A stretch of 63,170 nucleotides of DNA, the filler included, from Octopus bimaculoides (lineage: Eukaryota): the NCBI RefSeq assembly GCF_001194135.2. It is 7 parts of 5 records of this genome, joined end to end, with 100 filler letters (N's around TTAATTAATTAA, not from the genome) between each part and the next. Parts side by side here need not be neighbours in the genome. Positions count along the whole stretch, not along the records: positions 1 to 14,229 come from NC_068998.1; positions 14,330 to 27,905 come from NC_068982.1; 5 more parts are not named here. One strand, 5' to 3'. Below, in pieces: positions 12,241-23,150 of this stretch; the first letter of the stretch is position 1, and each line of letters begins with the position of its first letter. Below the pieces are notes generated by a model. The model did no database searches, had not been told where the DNA came from, and saw only the letters and a list, made by a program, of their open reading frames with translations. The position numbers and the translations under genes are program-made.

Positions 12241-13249
12241 GAGAATTGGGGGATTTCAGCCTCGCAGACTGTCCGTGTTCCGGCCGAGTACTTCGGTTCA
12301 ATGGGGATCGACTGAAAGTATTCATCCGCAAAGACTAGTTATAATCCATAAGGCTTGGGCCCAGTAGACGGTTTCCCCCCCACGATATAGAGTCCATAAA
12401 CTCGATGCACGAATCGCTGATTTGATCAAAATGGTTTCCAATGGTCCGTTTGAGAAATTCTGTCACATCACTCATACTCTTCAGAAATAGCATCTTCAGA
12501 TTATCACAACTCTCGGTTATTTTCCGGAAGCCTTCGAGGTGTTTCGTAGTTATATATATATATATTTATTATGCTTCCAGTTTATTGAATGTATTTTTAA
12601 CCATTATATATGCATATATACATAGATACGTGCATACATGTGCATATCTTGTGTGTGTGTGTGTGTGTACTTACACATATATGTATGTAAGTTGCAAGTA
12701 TGAATGTAATTACATATATGTATATATATATGCATACATACACACCTAGGCTGAAAAAAACCACACACTCACACAAGCATCATGTACATATATATATCCC
12801 GAAGCTAGCACATGACGACAACTCTATTCGGTTACACTTAACAAAACTTTTCGTATGTATAACGCAGAGCATTATAATCATATGAAGAATGTAAGAGTCT
12901 AGACATACTCAAATTTAAAACAAAAGAGTCTACCTATCAATGAATATAAACCTGCCTGCACAGAGATCACTGCTCTTTGTTCGAAGATGGACACGCGTAA
13001 TTCCTTTCTGATGAATTTATCGCAATATAGCTGTCACAGCTGGACGTGTAGTTGGGGGTTAATGATTCTTCTGACCCATTTTCTTTTTATGTGTTTCTTT
13101 AAATTTAAGCAGAAGTCTATTCATGTGAATGTGTTTCATCAATCAATTTATGTATTTCAATGTCTTTTCTATCTGAGAACTAGAGTTTCTCTCCCTTTCG
13201 CTAGCAGAAATACAGCAAGTAGTATTAGCTATAGTGATTTGGTATTGTG

Positions 13250-13283
13250 TGGTATAATGATAATGATAATAATAATAATAATG

Positions 13284-13347
<64 letters not shown>

Positions 13348-13435
13348 CAACAATAATAACGAGAAGAAGAAGAAGAAGAAGAAGAAGAAGAAGAAGAAGA
13401 AGAAGAAGAAGAAGAAGAAGAAGAAGAAGAAGAGC
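13250..13435. repeat. (TAA)n-(CAA)n-(GAA)n compound trinucleotide repeat
   Basis: Direct reading; it produces the poly-I/poly-R ORF 12987..13673. Confidence 0.95.
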
Positions 13436-13456
13436 TATAAAGCAAANNNNNNNNNN

Positions 13457-14125
13457 ACGGACCATGATAAAACGATGGCAAGAAAAGCCCCTTCATGGTA
13501 AAGACTGGGCTAAACTAAATGCAAAAGAAATAGTCAGAGAAAAATCCCAGCAGTGGTTGAGAAGTTCAGGACTCAAAGCAGAGACTGAAGGATTTTTAAT
13601 TGCTGCACAAGACCAAAGCCTCCCCACCAGAAATTATCAAAAACATATGGACTTGACACAGCATCGAAAATGATAATGCAAAGATCCTATGGGATTTTAT
13701 GATTCAGTGCGACTATGAGATAGAGAATAGGAAGCCAAACATAGTGTTAATTGAGAAAGAACGCAAACGATACTGCATCATAGATATAGCATGCCCAGCT
13801 GACAAGGTATGCAATAAGGAAGAAAGAAGAGTCGATAGATATAACAGGTTAGCGTGGGAGGTTAAGCAGCTGTGGTCGATGACAAAGTTGGTAGTAGTAC
13901 CAATACTTTTCGGAGCCCTGGGAACAGTGGATAAAAATATTGAGAAGTACATGGAACAAATAGGGACTGAAATACGAGTGGAGCACTTGCAGAAAACAGC
14001 ACTGCTTGGAACTGCTCAAATACTCCAGGTGGTGCTCGGAAAATAACGGGTGTTACCTTAGTTCACTGGCAGTGTCAGCTGCCGCCGTAATATATCTCCA
14101 GCGTTAGAACTGTGCAACGACAATA

Positions 14126-14130
<5 letters not shown>
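13457..14130 (+). mobile_element. R4/Dong-type non-LTR retrotransposon 3' fragment (restriction-like endonuclease)
   Basis: WQEKPLHG, WLRSSGLKAETEGFLIAAQDQSLPTRNY, KILWDF, RKPNIVLIEK..IIDIACPAD and VVPILFGALG..LQKTALLGTAQIL. The CCHC knuckle region is deleted; the element ends in (TAA)n. Confidence 0.9.
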
Positions 14131-14191
<61 letters not shown>

Positions 14192-14226
14192 AAGAAGAAG
14201 AAGAAGAAGAAGAAGAAGAAGAAGAA
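14125..14226. repeat. (TAA)n(GAA)n compound repeat at the Dong 3' end
   Basis: Direct reading. Confidence 0.95.
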
Positions 14227-14274
14227 AATNNNNNNNNNNNNNNNNNNNNNNNNNNNNNNNNNNNNNNNNNNNNT

Positions 14275-14286
14275 TAATTAATTAAN
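14275..14286. other. Artificial gap filler TTAATTAATTAA (also at ~27950, ~31000, ~36200, ~49755 and ~58438)
   Basis: The same palindromic 12-mer, with stops in all six frames, is isolated between N runs six times. Confidence 0.92.
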
Positions 14287-14329
14287 NNNNNNNNNNNNNN
14301 NNNNNNNNNNNNNNNNNNNNNNNNNNNNN

Positions 14330-14366
<37 letters not shown>

Positions 14367-14715
14367 ACACACACGCACACACACACACTCACATACGCGT
14401 GTATTCATTTATGTACGTGAGTTTTTGTCGAAAATTGATGGGGGTTGATCGTCTTCACGTCCTTTGTGTGTTTCCTTGTTTTCTGTATGTTCCTTCATAG
14501 TCTTTCACTGCAACATTATTCTATATGTACGTATGTGTATGTATGTATATACATATATATACACACATACATATATGTAGATAGATAGATAGACAGATAG
14601 ATAGATATACACACGCACACATATGTGTGTGTGTGTGCGTAGTTACCATAAAAGCATGAAACTATTGGTAGCTCTTTTGGTTGTCAACTTTTTGGTTGAT
14701 TCTACCTAGATTGGA

Positions 14716-14760
<45 letters not shown>

Positions 14761-15048
14761 CATCTATCTAATCTATATATATATATAATTAATCGATATT
14801 AGTTAATATATGATTAATATATGATTTTTTGCCATATTTTTTGATAATATATTAACCCTTACCGAGTTCTCATACTGGATATATGCGACGCAGTAAATAT
14901 TCTCTGCAGACATATTCCTGGAATTAGCGCGCCAAAACGAAGACTTTTGAATTTTACCATTAAGCTGTAATTAGCAGAACCATATACACGCGCACCTATG
15001 GCGGTGGGCAACTTTGTATGGGGTTCTGATGATTATGGTTCCATTACA

Positions 15049-15110
15049 AATCAGGCTGAAGAGAAATAGACAGTCGGTAAGATTGTTAAATTTGAAACCG
15101 GCACCTGTTT
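15049..15110 (+). ncRNA. Type I hammerhead-like motif with long stem II
   Basis: AAtCAGG CTGAAGA [gAAAT ag ACAGT cggtaag ATTGT taa ATTT] GAAAC CG GCA CCTGtTT. CUGAAGA and GAAAC are intact; stem I is 4 bp + mismatch + 2 bp; U16.1 is changed to C. Confidence 0.6.
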
Positions 15111-15363
15111 AATAATGTTCCTTTTCGGTNNNNNNNNNNNNNNNNNNNNNNNNNNNNNNNNNNNNNNNNNNNNNNNNNNNNNNNNNNNNNNNNNNNNNNN
15201 NNNNNNNNNNNNNNNNNNNNNNNNNNNNNNNNNNNNNNNNNNNNNNNNNNNNNNNNNNNNNNNNNNNNNNNNNNNNNNNNNNNNNNNNNTATATATATAT
15301 ATATATATATTCAAATTTGGGACGCAAAGCAATTTTAAAGGCAGGGATAAATCGATTGCATGG

Positions 15364-15764
15364 ACTTAGCGGTATTTCGTCTGTCTTTACGTTCTGAGTT
15401 CAAATTCCACCGAGGTCGACTTTACCTTTCATCCGTTTGGGGTCGATAAATTAAGTACCAGTTACGTACTGACATCCATCTAATTGACTGGCCCCTTCCC
15501 CATAATTTCGGGCCTTGTTCTTAGAATAGAAAAAAATATTATATATATATGCAAGGCGGCGAGCTGGTAGAAACGTTAGCATGCCGGGCGAAAGGTTTAG
15601 TCGTGTTTCGTCTGTCTTTACATTCCGAGTTCAAATTCCGCAAGGTCGACATTGCCTTTCATCCTTTCGGGGTCGATAGATTAAGTACTAGTTGCGTACA
15701 TGAGTCGATCTAATCGACTGGCCCCCTCCCCTAAAATTTCGGGCCTTGTACTTAGGGTAGAAAA

Positions 15765-15765
<1 letters not shown>
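15364..15765 (+). mobile_element. Two tandem copies of SINE family A (GGCGGCGAGCTGG head; TTTCATCCTTTCGGGGTCGATA domain)
   Basis: First copy is 5'-truncated; second starts AAGGCGGCGAGCTGGTAGAAACG at ~15553 with a B-box-like GAGTTCAAATTCC and a (TAT)n tail. The central domain resembles the Meta/MESC SINE domain as I recall it. Confidence 0.85.
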
Positions 15766-15814
<49 letters not shown>

Positions 15815-15822
15815 TTATTATT

Positions 15823-17005
15823 CTTTTTTACAGGCTTTGTTGGAGCTCCTGGAGTCTTACATGCGTGGCGAGCTTGCTACTTGCAGCCTACAGTACCATG
15901 CTATCCATTCTTTTCAGCTCTCTAATACTTTCCTGATTATTCTAGCCGTGTCAATGAGGCAAGCCTTTTGTAACAGTTCTACTGTTCTAATTTCCTTTAT
16001 ATCCCCCTTGCTGCCTTCTGATACTGTTCCCAAGGACCCAACAATAATTGACACTATCTTTCACCTTCTTCATTTTCTTTAGCCGGGGTATTTCGATTGT
16101 ATTTATCTATCTTTTCACCTTCCTTCTTGACTATTCGTGGGTCAAAGGGGCATGCAGCATCAACTATATAACATATGTGGTGTATTTTGTCCACCACCAC
16201 TATGTCCGGCCTGTTATGTTCTTGCACCTCATCTGTTTGGATTGGGAAATCCCAGAGAATTTTGCTAATCTCCGACTCCGCCACTCTCTTCGGTTTGTGC
16301 TCATACCACGTCTTACCTCTCTAGCCCTACTTTTCGCACAGTTTCCAATGTAGCACTTTCGATACATAGTTGTGTCGCCACAACTTGTAGTGGTTTTGGG
16401 CAAGTCAAGGGTGTTTGTTCGTGATATGGGCAATGGTTTCATCCACTCTACTGCAGATGCAGCACAGCAAAGACACTTGCACAATCCTAAAGTTGACCCT
16501 CCAGTTCGTGGCCAAAGCTTGGTCTTGCACTGCCAGTATAGTGCTCTCGGTCTTTTTTTTTTTTTTAGTGTTCCTTTCATCAGCCAATCCCACCTATTTT
16601 TACCAACAGCTTCTGTTGTGGCTACATGGAATTGATTGTGTAGTCCCATCTTGCATAATTCTTATTCATGCTCTTGAGTACTCCCTCCTTTGTTTTTTCT
16701 TTTTTCTCTGCTTTCAATACTCTCGTTCCCAACTGTCGCTATCAAGGTTTCCTTACTTTGGGCTAGGTATCTCATTAAGCTCTCGAGTTCAATACGAACG
16801 CAGTCTTCCATCAGTCCTCTTACTCCATTTTCTCTCTTCATATATAGGCGATCAATGTCCGCACGTGGATGATGGGCATCATGCATCGTTAGAAGCTTTC
16901 CTGTCCATCTCCTGTAGTTACTCCTCTGTCCACTCCAGGATTCCAACGCCATACCGAACTAACGCAACTGCACGCGAGTTTATTGCCGAAGTTATGTTTC
17001 TGGCG
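15823..17005 (-). mobile_element. R4/Dong-type non-LTR retrotransposon, 5'-truncated
   Basis: AINSRAVALVRYGVGILEWT, HHPRADIDRLYMKRENGVRGL, WDWLMKGTLKK..ESTILAVQDQAL, CCICSRVDETIAHIT (knuckle), KILWDFPIQTD..NRPDIVVVDK..IVDAACPFD and LLQKACLIDTARIIRKVL*. The 3' end runs into (TAA)n at 15765-15822. Confidence 0.92.
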
Positions 17006-17495
17006 TTCGGCGGAGGCGGCGGCGGTTGGCGGAGGCGGCGGCGGTTGGCGGNNNNNNNNNNNNNNNNNNNNNNNNNNNNNNNNNNNNNNNNNNNNNNNNN
17101 NNNNNNNNNNNNNNNNNNNNNNNNNNNNNNNNNNNNNNNNNNNNNNNNNNNNNNNNNNNNNNNNNNNNNNNNNNNNNNNNNNNNNNNNNNNNNNNNNNNN
17201 NNNNNNNNNNNNNNNNNNNNNNNNNNNNNNNNNNNNNNNNNNNNNNNNNNNNNNNNNNNNNNNNNNNNNNNNNNNNNNNNNNNNNNNNNNNNNNNNNNNN
17301 NNNNNNNNNNNNNNNNNNNNNNNNNNNNNNNNNNNNNNNNNNNNNNNNNNNNNNNNNNNNNNNNNNNNNNNNNNNNNNNNNNNNNNNNNNNNNNNNNNNN
17401 NNNNNNNNNNNNNNNNNNNNNNGGCGGCGGAGGCGGCGGCGGAGGCGGCAGAGGCGGCGGAGGCGGCGGAGGCGGCAGTGGTGGTGGTAAGAAGG
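17006..17495. repeat. GC-rich (GGC/GGCGGA)n repeat spanning a gap
   Basis: GGCGGAGGCGGCGGCGGTT units left of the gap and GGCGGCGGA units right of it. Confidence 0.85.
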
Positions 17496-17823
17496 CAAGA
17501 AAGAATGGATGCATGAATATAATAATTTGTCAGAACGTCAATAGAACCAACAGTGAGTTTTGAGTGTATACATTTTGTAACAGAGCAAGTATTCATGCAC
17601 AGATTAATGATTTGGTGACAAACTGCATTCAACGATAAATCCCTTAAAACAATACACAGAAGTTGGTTGATAATTATCATGGTTTCATAACGATATATTA
17701 CCTTACAATCAGACGACGGATATATATTCTAGCTCTAAATGTATATGCGCTTAAGCATGCATACATATATAAGCATGTTGAGATGAACGTACATATATTC
17801 TCATATATATACATACATATATA

Positions 17824-17891
<68 letters not shown>

Positions 17892-18176
17892 NNNNNNNNN
17901 NTATATATATATATATATATGTAGGTATGTATGTATACACAATCATATACATCTGTACATATTATATGTGTGTGTGTGTGTGTAGACATATTATATTTGC
18001 ATGTATCTATACACTACCAGCATCCCTGGCCTCCCCGGATGTAGTAATACCTAAATTAAATTCAACTACATGAATTAATTATATTTGAGGAATAATTTGC
18101 ATGAAAAAGATGGGACGATATTTAGTTGGTCCTGGAATGTTGACTCAATGCATATTGTTGTATCATTCAAACGTCT

Positions 18177-18490
18177 GTGGAGGCGCAATGGCCCAGTGGT
18201 TAGGGCAGCGGACTCACTGTCGGAGGATCGCAGTTTCGATTCCCAGACCGGGCGTTGTGTGTGTTTATTGAGTGAAAACACCTAAGCTCCACGAGGCTCC
18301 GGCAGGGGGTGGTGGTGACCCCTGTTGTATTCTTTCGCCCCAACTTTCTCTCACTTTCTTCCTGTTTCTTGAGTAACGCTGCGACAGACTGGCGTCCCGT
18401 CCAGCTGGGGGGAACACATACGCCATAGAAACCGGGAAACCGGGCCCATGAGCCTGGCTAAGCTTTGAAAGGGCGAAAAAAAGAAAAAAT
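18177..18490 (+). mobile_element. tRNA-derived SINE (OR-like head) with 10-bp TSD
   Basis: Head GGAGGCGCAATGGCCCAGTGGTTAGGGCAGCGGACTC..GTTTCGATTCCC. TSD TTCAAACGTC at 18166-18175 and 18491-18500. Confidence 0.9.
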
Positions 18491-18499
18491 TTCAAACGT

Positions 18500-18990
18500 C
18501 AACAGGCTGACATATTCCAGAAAATTTTACAATGCATACAGCTACAAATCACTCTTGAATCTAACCTTGCAACTATCAACTTCCTAAATGTTGCTACAAA
18601 CTTTAGTAATTCAAATCAAATTAGACACTACACTACAGTCATAAACATTCCTAATCTCTACAAAATTAACACTAATTTTGTTTAAAATATTTACCTCAAG
18701 TCATCTTAGATATCTACTAACCAATATATCTTTAATGACACCTTCAAGCACTTTAATGATCCTCTTTTCCATAGTGGATTCCAAAATGAAATGAAATGCT
18801 TTTAGTACTAAAAGAATCAGCACCACAGATAGATAACTGAAGTATAAGATATAACCTAGTTTAATCTACCTTGAAAATAAGTCTTAGTAAGAGCAGTTGT
18901 AAAAATAATTTACAACCTTTTAAAGAAACATTTCTCTCCAAGACATATATAATAAAAATTATACATTATATGCCAAGTATCAATTTTGGT
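18500..18990 (+). mobile_element. Neptune-type PLE RT/thumb fragment, decayed
   Basis: LQITLESNLATINFLNV, ISTNQYIFNDTFKHFNDPLFHSGF and DIT*FNLP (approx. NITWFNPP). Confidence 0.7.
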
Positions 18991-19523
18991 ATACAAAATA
19001 TTTTTCTTTCTTGTCTTTAAAATTGTTAGCCGATCCTTACGTGGCCCAATAGATTGAGTTATTCTCATCCTCACTTCGGTGTTCATCACGTATTATCTAA
19101 TATTACTGTTCCTTAAATCCAAATAAATACCAATTAATACCTTTTAGTAATACCAACTTTTTTTATTTCATTCATTACTAATATGGTTGATATTTATAAT
19201 TTTGTTGAGTTTCTTTTTCCATGATTTATACAACATATTTTTTGTAATTATTTTTCTTATTTCTCCAATTTTTGAAGATTTGCCATTATAAAGGTGCATG
19301 TGATATATACTTTAATGAATATATATTTTTTTAATCATCCCTTAGATTTCATTATTACACTTACCATTTATTGGGTTGATCTTACCGTACCACTTTTTAA
19401 TAAGTTTCTTTAAACTTGAATTACAATAGCTGAATAAATTTTTATATCCCATTAGAAATAATTACGTAGTGTCGATATTTTACAGATACACATATAATTT
19501 AATATAGTTACCATATTGTGCAC

Positions 19524-19640
19524 GGGCATATGGTGTGGTGGTTAAGAGCGCTGGCTACTAACCCCAAGATTCCGAGTTCAATTCCAGGCAGTGACCTGAA
19601 TAATAATAATAACAATAACAACAACAACAACATCGAAAAA
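19524..19640 (+). mobile_element. Short tRNA-like SINE head with (AAT/AAC)n
   Basis: A-box-like TGGTGTGGTGG at 19531 and B-box-like GAGTTCAATTCC at 19574, followed by a trinucleotide tail; no acceptor stem for a real tRNA. Confidence 0.7.
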
Positions 19641-20116
19641 TACCACACACAAACACATACACATGCACAAGCAAACGCATGCATGCATATGTGTGTGTGA
19701 TTGTGTGTGTGTAGATAGATAGATAGATAGATAGATTTACTACATATAGTAAATATGACATAAGTACTCCGAAGCAAAATTGGATATCGGCAAATCAGGA
19801 GTAGAACAAAATCTGAACAACTAGATAACCAGAAATTAAAACAAGGAAACGACATATAGTAAAACCAAAGTAAAGATAATGCAGAAAGCAAATTAGCAAA
19901 TGAAAAGACGACAATCGTAGATAAATCCTTTGAAAGTAAAACAATGAAACGCCACTGAAGTGCAGCCAATGAAAACAGGAGTCATATTAAACGCAGCTCC
20001 AACACCCCCACCAAAATACATCGGAAACCGGCCAATGAAAATTGTAACCATACAGAAATGGACGATCTCACTCCAACGTATATAAAATAAACACAAGCAT
20101 CGAAAAAATATCAGCA

Positions 20117-20157
20117 CTTGCCTGAAAATCGCATTGGCATGAAACTCGAGTCGCAAG
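20117..20157 (+). ncRNA. Minimal type I hammerhead-like motif
   Basis: CTTGC CTGAAAA tcgcattggcat GAAAC TCGA GTC GCAAG. Perfect 5-bp stem I, palindromic ACTCGAGT stem III and a GUC site; G8 is changed to A and stem II is weak. Confidence 0.6.
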
Positions 20158-20459
20158 AAAACTAGTTCAGTGTGTGTATGTGTATGTATATGTGTGTGTG
20201 TATACATACATACAGACATACACACACATAGAAATATTCGCACATACATACACAAACGCACACTCACATGCATACATACATATATTTGGTTCAGTTTTCT
20301 TTCAATGCCTTTGTATATATGACTCGGCGAGATGCAGATAATCTATTGGTGTTGGCATAAAGACGCAATCGTGTGTTTGTGTATACATATGTAAGTACTA
20401 CACATACGTGTATATATTAACATGTAAATATACATTTTTATAGTATATACACAGAAATA

Positions 20460-20512
<53 letters not shown>

Positions 20513-21194
20513 GAGGCACATATATTTATGTGTGCATGTATGTGTGTGTATGCGTGTTTATGCGTGTATGTGTGTGTTTGTGTGTGTGTGTGTGTGTGTG
20601 TTAAAAAGGTTAGAGAGAGTGTGAGAGTGTAAATGAGAAATGAGTAGATATACGCGTTGAAGTGTGTTTATTGATAACCGAAATACTGGTTTGAAATTAA
20701 TTTTCGGATTTTGATAAATTAGTTTGTTTTGTTCTTAGATTACAAGATAACCAGATTGATTACTTCTATATTCCTATGCATGTAAGTATTTGAGTGTGTG
20801 TTTGTGTGTGTGTATGGATTAAGTGTATATTGTTAACGTGCGAATGAACTTTGAAAATGTTGTATATATGTACTTATCTTAGTGCGTATCAACACGTATG
20901 TATTGAGTTGTACTCATATCTTTGAGCATAGATTTGTTTGTTTGAAAATGCGTTTAGATGTACAAGATGTTGGTGTATGTAACCAGATTTAATGCAGCCT
21001 ATGCATTTACATTCATAGATTTGTAACTCTGTAAGGATTAACTTTATCATGTATGTATACATATATGTGTGTAAATGTGAGTGTGTGTATGTGTCTGTGT
21101 GTATGTGCGCGCGCGTGTTTGTTTGAGACCGTTATTCTTTCTTCCTGGAGAGGTTTATAAAGCTGTATGTGTAACTGTATGCACTCCACCTACA

Positions 21195-21360
21195 CATGTC
21201 TTTGTTGTTGTTGTTGTTGTTGTAGCAGCAGCAACAACAACAGCAACATTAGTAGTGGTGGTGGTGGTGGTGGTGGTTGGTGTGGTGGTGGTTGGTGTGG
21301 TGCTGCTGACAGTAGTAGTAGTAGTTGTTGTTGTTTTTGTTGCTGGTGTTGATTTTGCGT
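21195..21360. repeat. Mosaic trinucleotide tract (GTT/GCA/GTG/GTA)
   Basis: Direct reading. Confidence 0.9.
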
Positions 21361-21895
21361 GTTGCTAGTACAATAATGGAAACTATATTCAATACAAATG
21401 TAAATGTAGCACATTCAAAGTTAAGTAATGTATTAAATCAACTACTACAGCCGTCACTCGCAAGCGATTATGTCTTCGTAACACGCACCATGCTTTTACA
21501 AATTGTTTTAGGTGCTTCTGTAGTCGGTTTTCCTATCTTAGACCCATTGACACGTCAAATGTATCACAGTTGGAGGAAAAGTGAGGGATTTTGTGCTGGC
21601 ATTCGTTAACTAGACTGCAGCCACATGAAATGGCGTTTCTTGCTGAAGGAAACAACGCGCTCCTTGATTCATAAATCATGCCCATGATCTTGTAATCGTG
21701 AGCCCAACAGTTTAACTACCAGGCCGCACACCTTGAGCAAAATGCATGCAACAGTCAAAAACGACCTCCCGAAACTCCTACATAAGTAAATCATAGAAAC
21801 ATAAATAAATTGCCTAAGTAAATCTTGAAAACAAACATCAATATATACAGCACAGGTTGATACAGGACGACAACTGAATTTGACAATGCGAAATA

Positions 21896-22297
21896 TTGTT
21901 GTTGTTGTTGTTGTTGTTGGCACTCCGTCGCTTACGACGTCGAGGGTTCCAGTTGATCCGATCAACGGAACAGCCTGCTCGTGAAATTAACGTGCAAGTG
22001 GCTGAGCACTCCACAGACACGTGTACCCTTAACGTAGTTCTTGGGGATATTCAGCGTGACACAGTGTGACAAGGCTGGCCCTGATAAATTACGGTCACAT
22101 CAGAAACAGAAAGTAAGAGTGAGAGAAAGTTGTGATGAAAGAGTACAGCAGGGTTCGCCACCATCCCCTGCCGGAGCCTCGTGGAGCTTTAGGTGTTTTC
22201 GCTCAATAAACACTCACAACGCCCGGTCTGGGAATCGAAACCGCTATCCTATGACCGCGAGTCCGCTGCCTTAACCACTGAGCCATTGCGCCTCCAC
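21896..22297 (-). mobile_element. Full-length tRNA-derived SINE (OR-like) with (CAA)n tail and 8-bp TSD
   Basis: Reverse complement starts GTGGAGGCGCAATGGCTCAGTGGTTAAGG. TSD GCGAAATA at 21888-21895 and 22298-22305. Confidence 0.92.
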
Positions 22298-23104
22298 GCG
22301 AAATAATAAACACATAAAGAAATTTCAATAAAGCAAGAAAGCGGAATCTACAAATTGATATGCAGATAAACAACAGATAAGCCGACAAATGAACAATATA
22401 AACAAATAGAAGACCAACGTACTGGCGGGCGGAGCAACGAGAGACAACGTCTTAAAACAATAACAGAATGAAACTAATCAAAATAAACTAGTCAAAACAT
22501 TAGAAACCAACCGATGAAACCAGTCATGGGCTCCAGTATATATATAAAAGCCATCCATAATACCGAAAGGAGATAGTTCTCACTTGAAGATCACAGTAGC
22601 ATAAAACTCTGATAGCAAGAAGGATTCGAGTTAAATTAACAAGATACTATTAATATATACCAATAATTGAGTCCTCCTAATTCTCTCGCAGATAAACTGT
22701 AACCTTCATATGTGTATGTGTATGTGTGTGTGTGAGAGAGAGTAAGTGAAGCCTCTCAATCATAATGTTGTAGGTTCTACTGTTGGATGTGGTGGCACGC
22801 TGTTTCATTGAGCAATACCCTTCGTTTCCCGATGCTCCCGTTTACGTAGTTGAAAATAAGGGCTAGATGAGAGGTGGTGCAGCTCTTTCTCCTTCCAGCT
22901 GTCACGTCCTAGAGTGGGAGAGTCGGGAAGGGATCTATTTTTTCTTGCAAGTTTATGGGCACCTAATACAATTAGCAAAGGTATTGCACATTTTACCACA
23001 CCATAGTTATTCGCGGGCTTCGGGTGGTTCAAACACACACTCACACACAGTTTAAAAAGTGGGAGTGCATGTACGTGTGTGTATATACATGTGTGTACAT
23101 ATAC

Positions 23105-23150
<46 letters not shown>

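Noticed and set aside
18177-19600. tRNA genes at 18177 and 19524 (and other A/B-box sites)
   Set aside because: These are tRNA-like heads continuous with SINE bodies, tails or TSDs; no complete cloverleaf.
22740-23045. GC-richer segment with ORFs 22805..23044 and 22867..23055
   Set aside because: No recognisable motif in any frame; probably old TE sequence, left unassigned.
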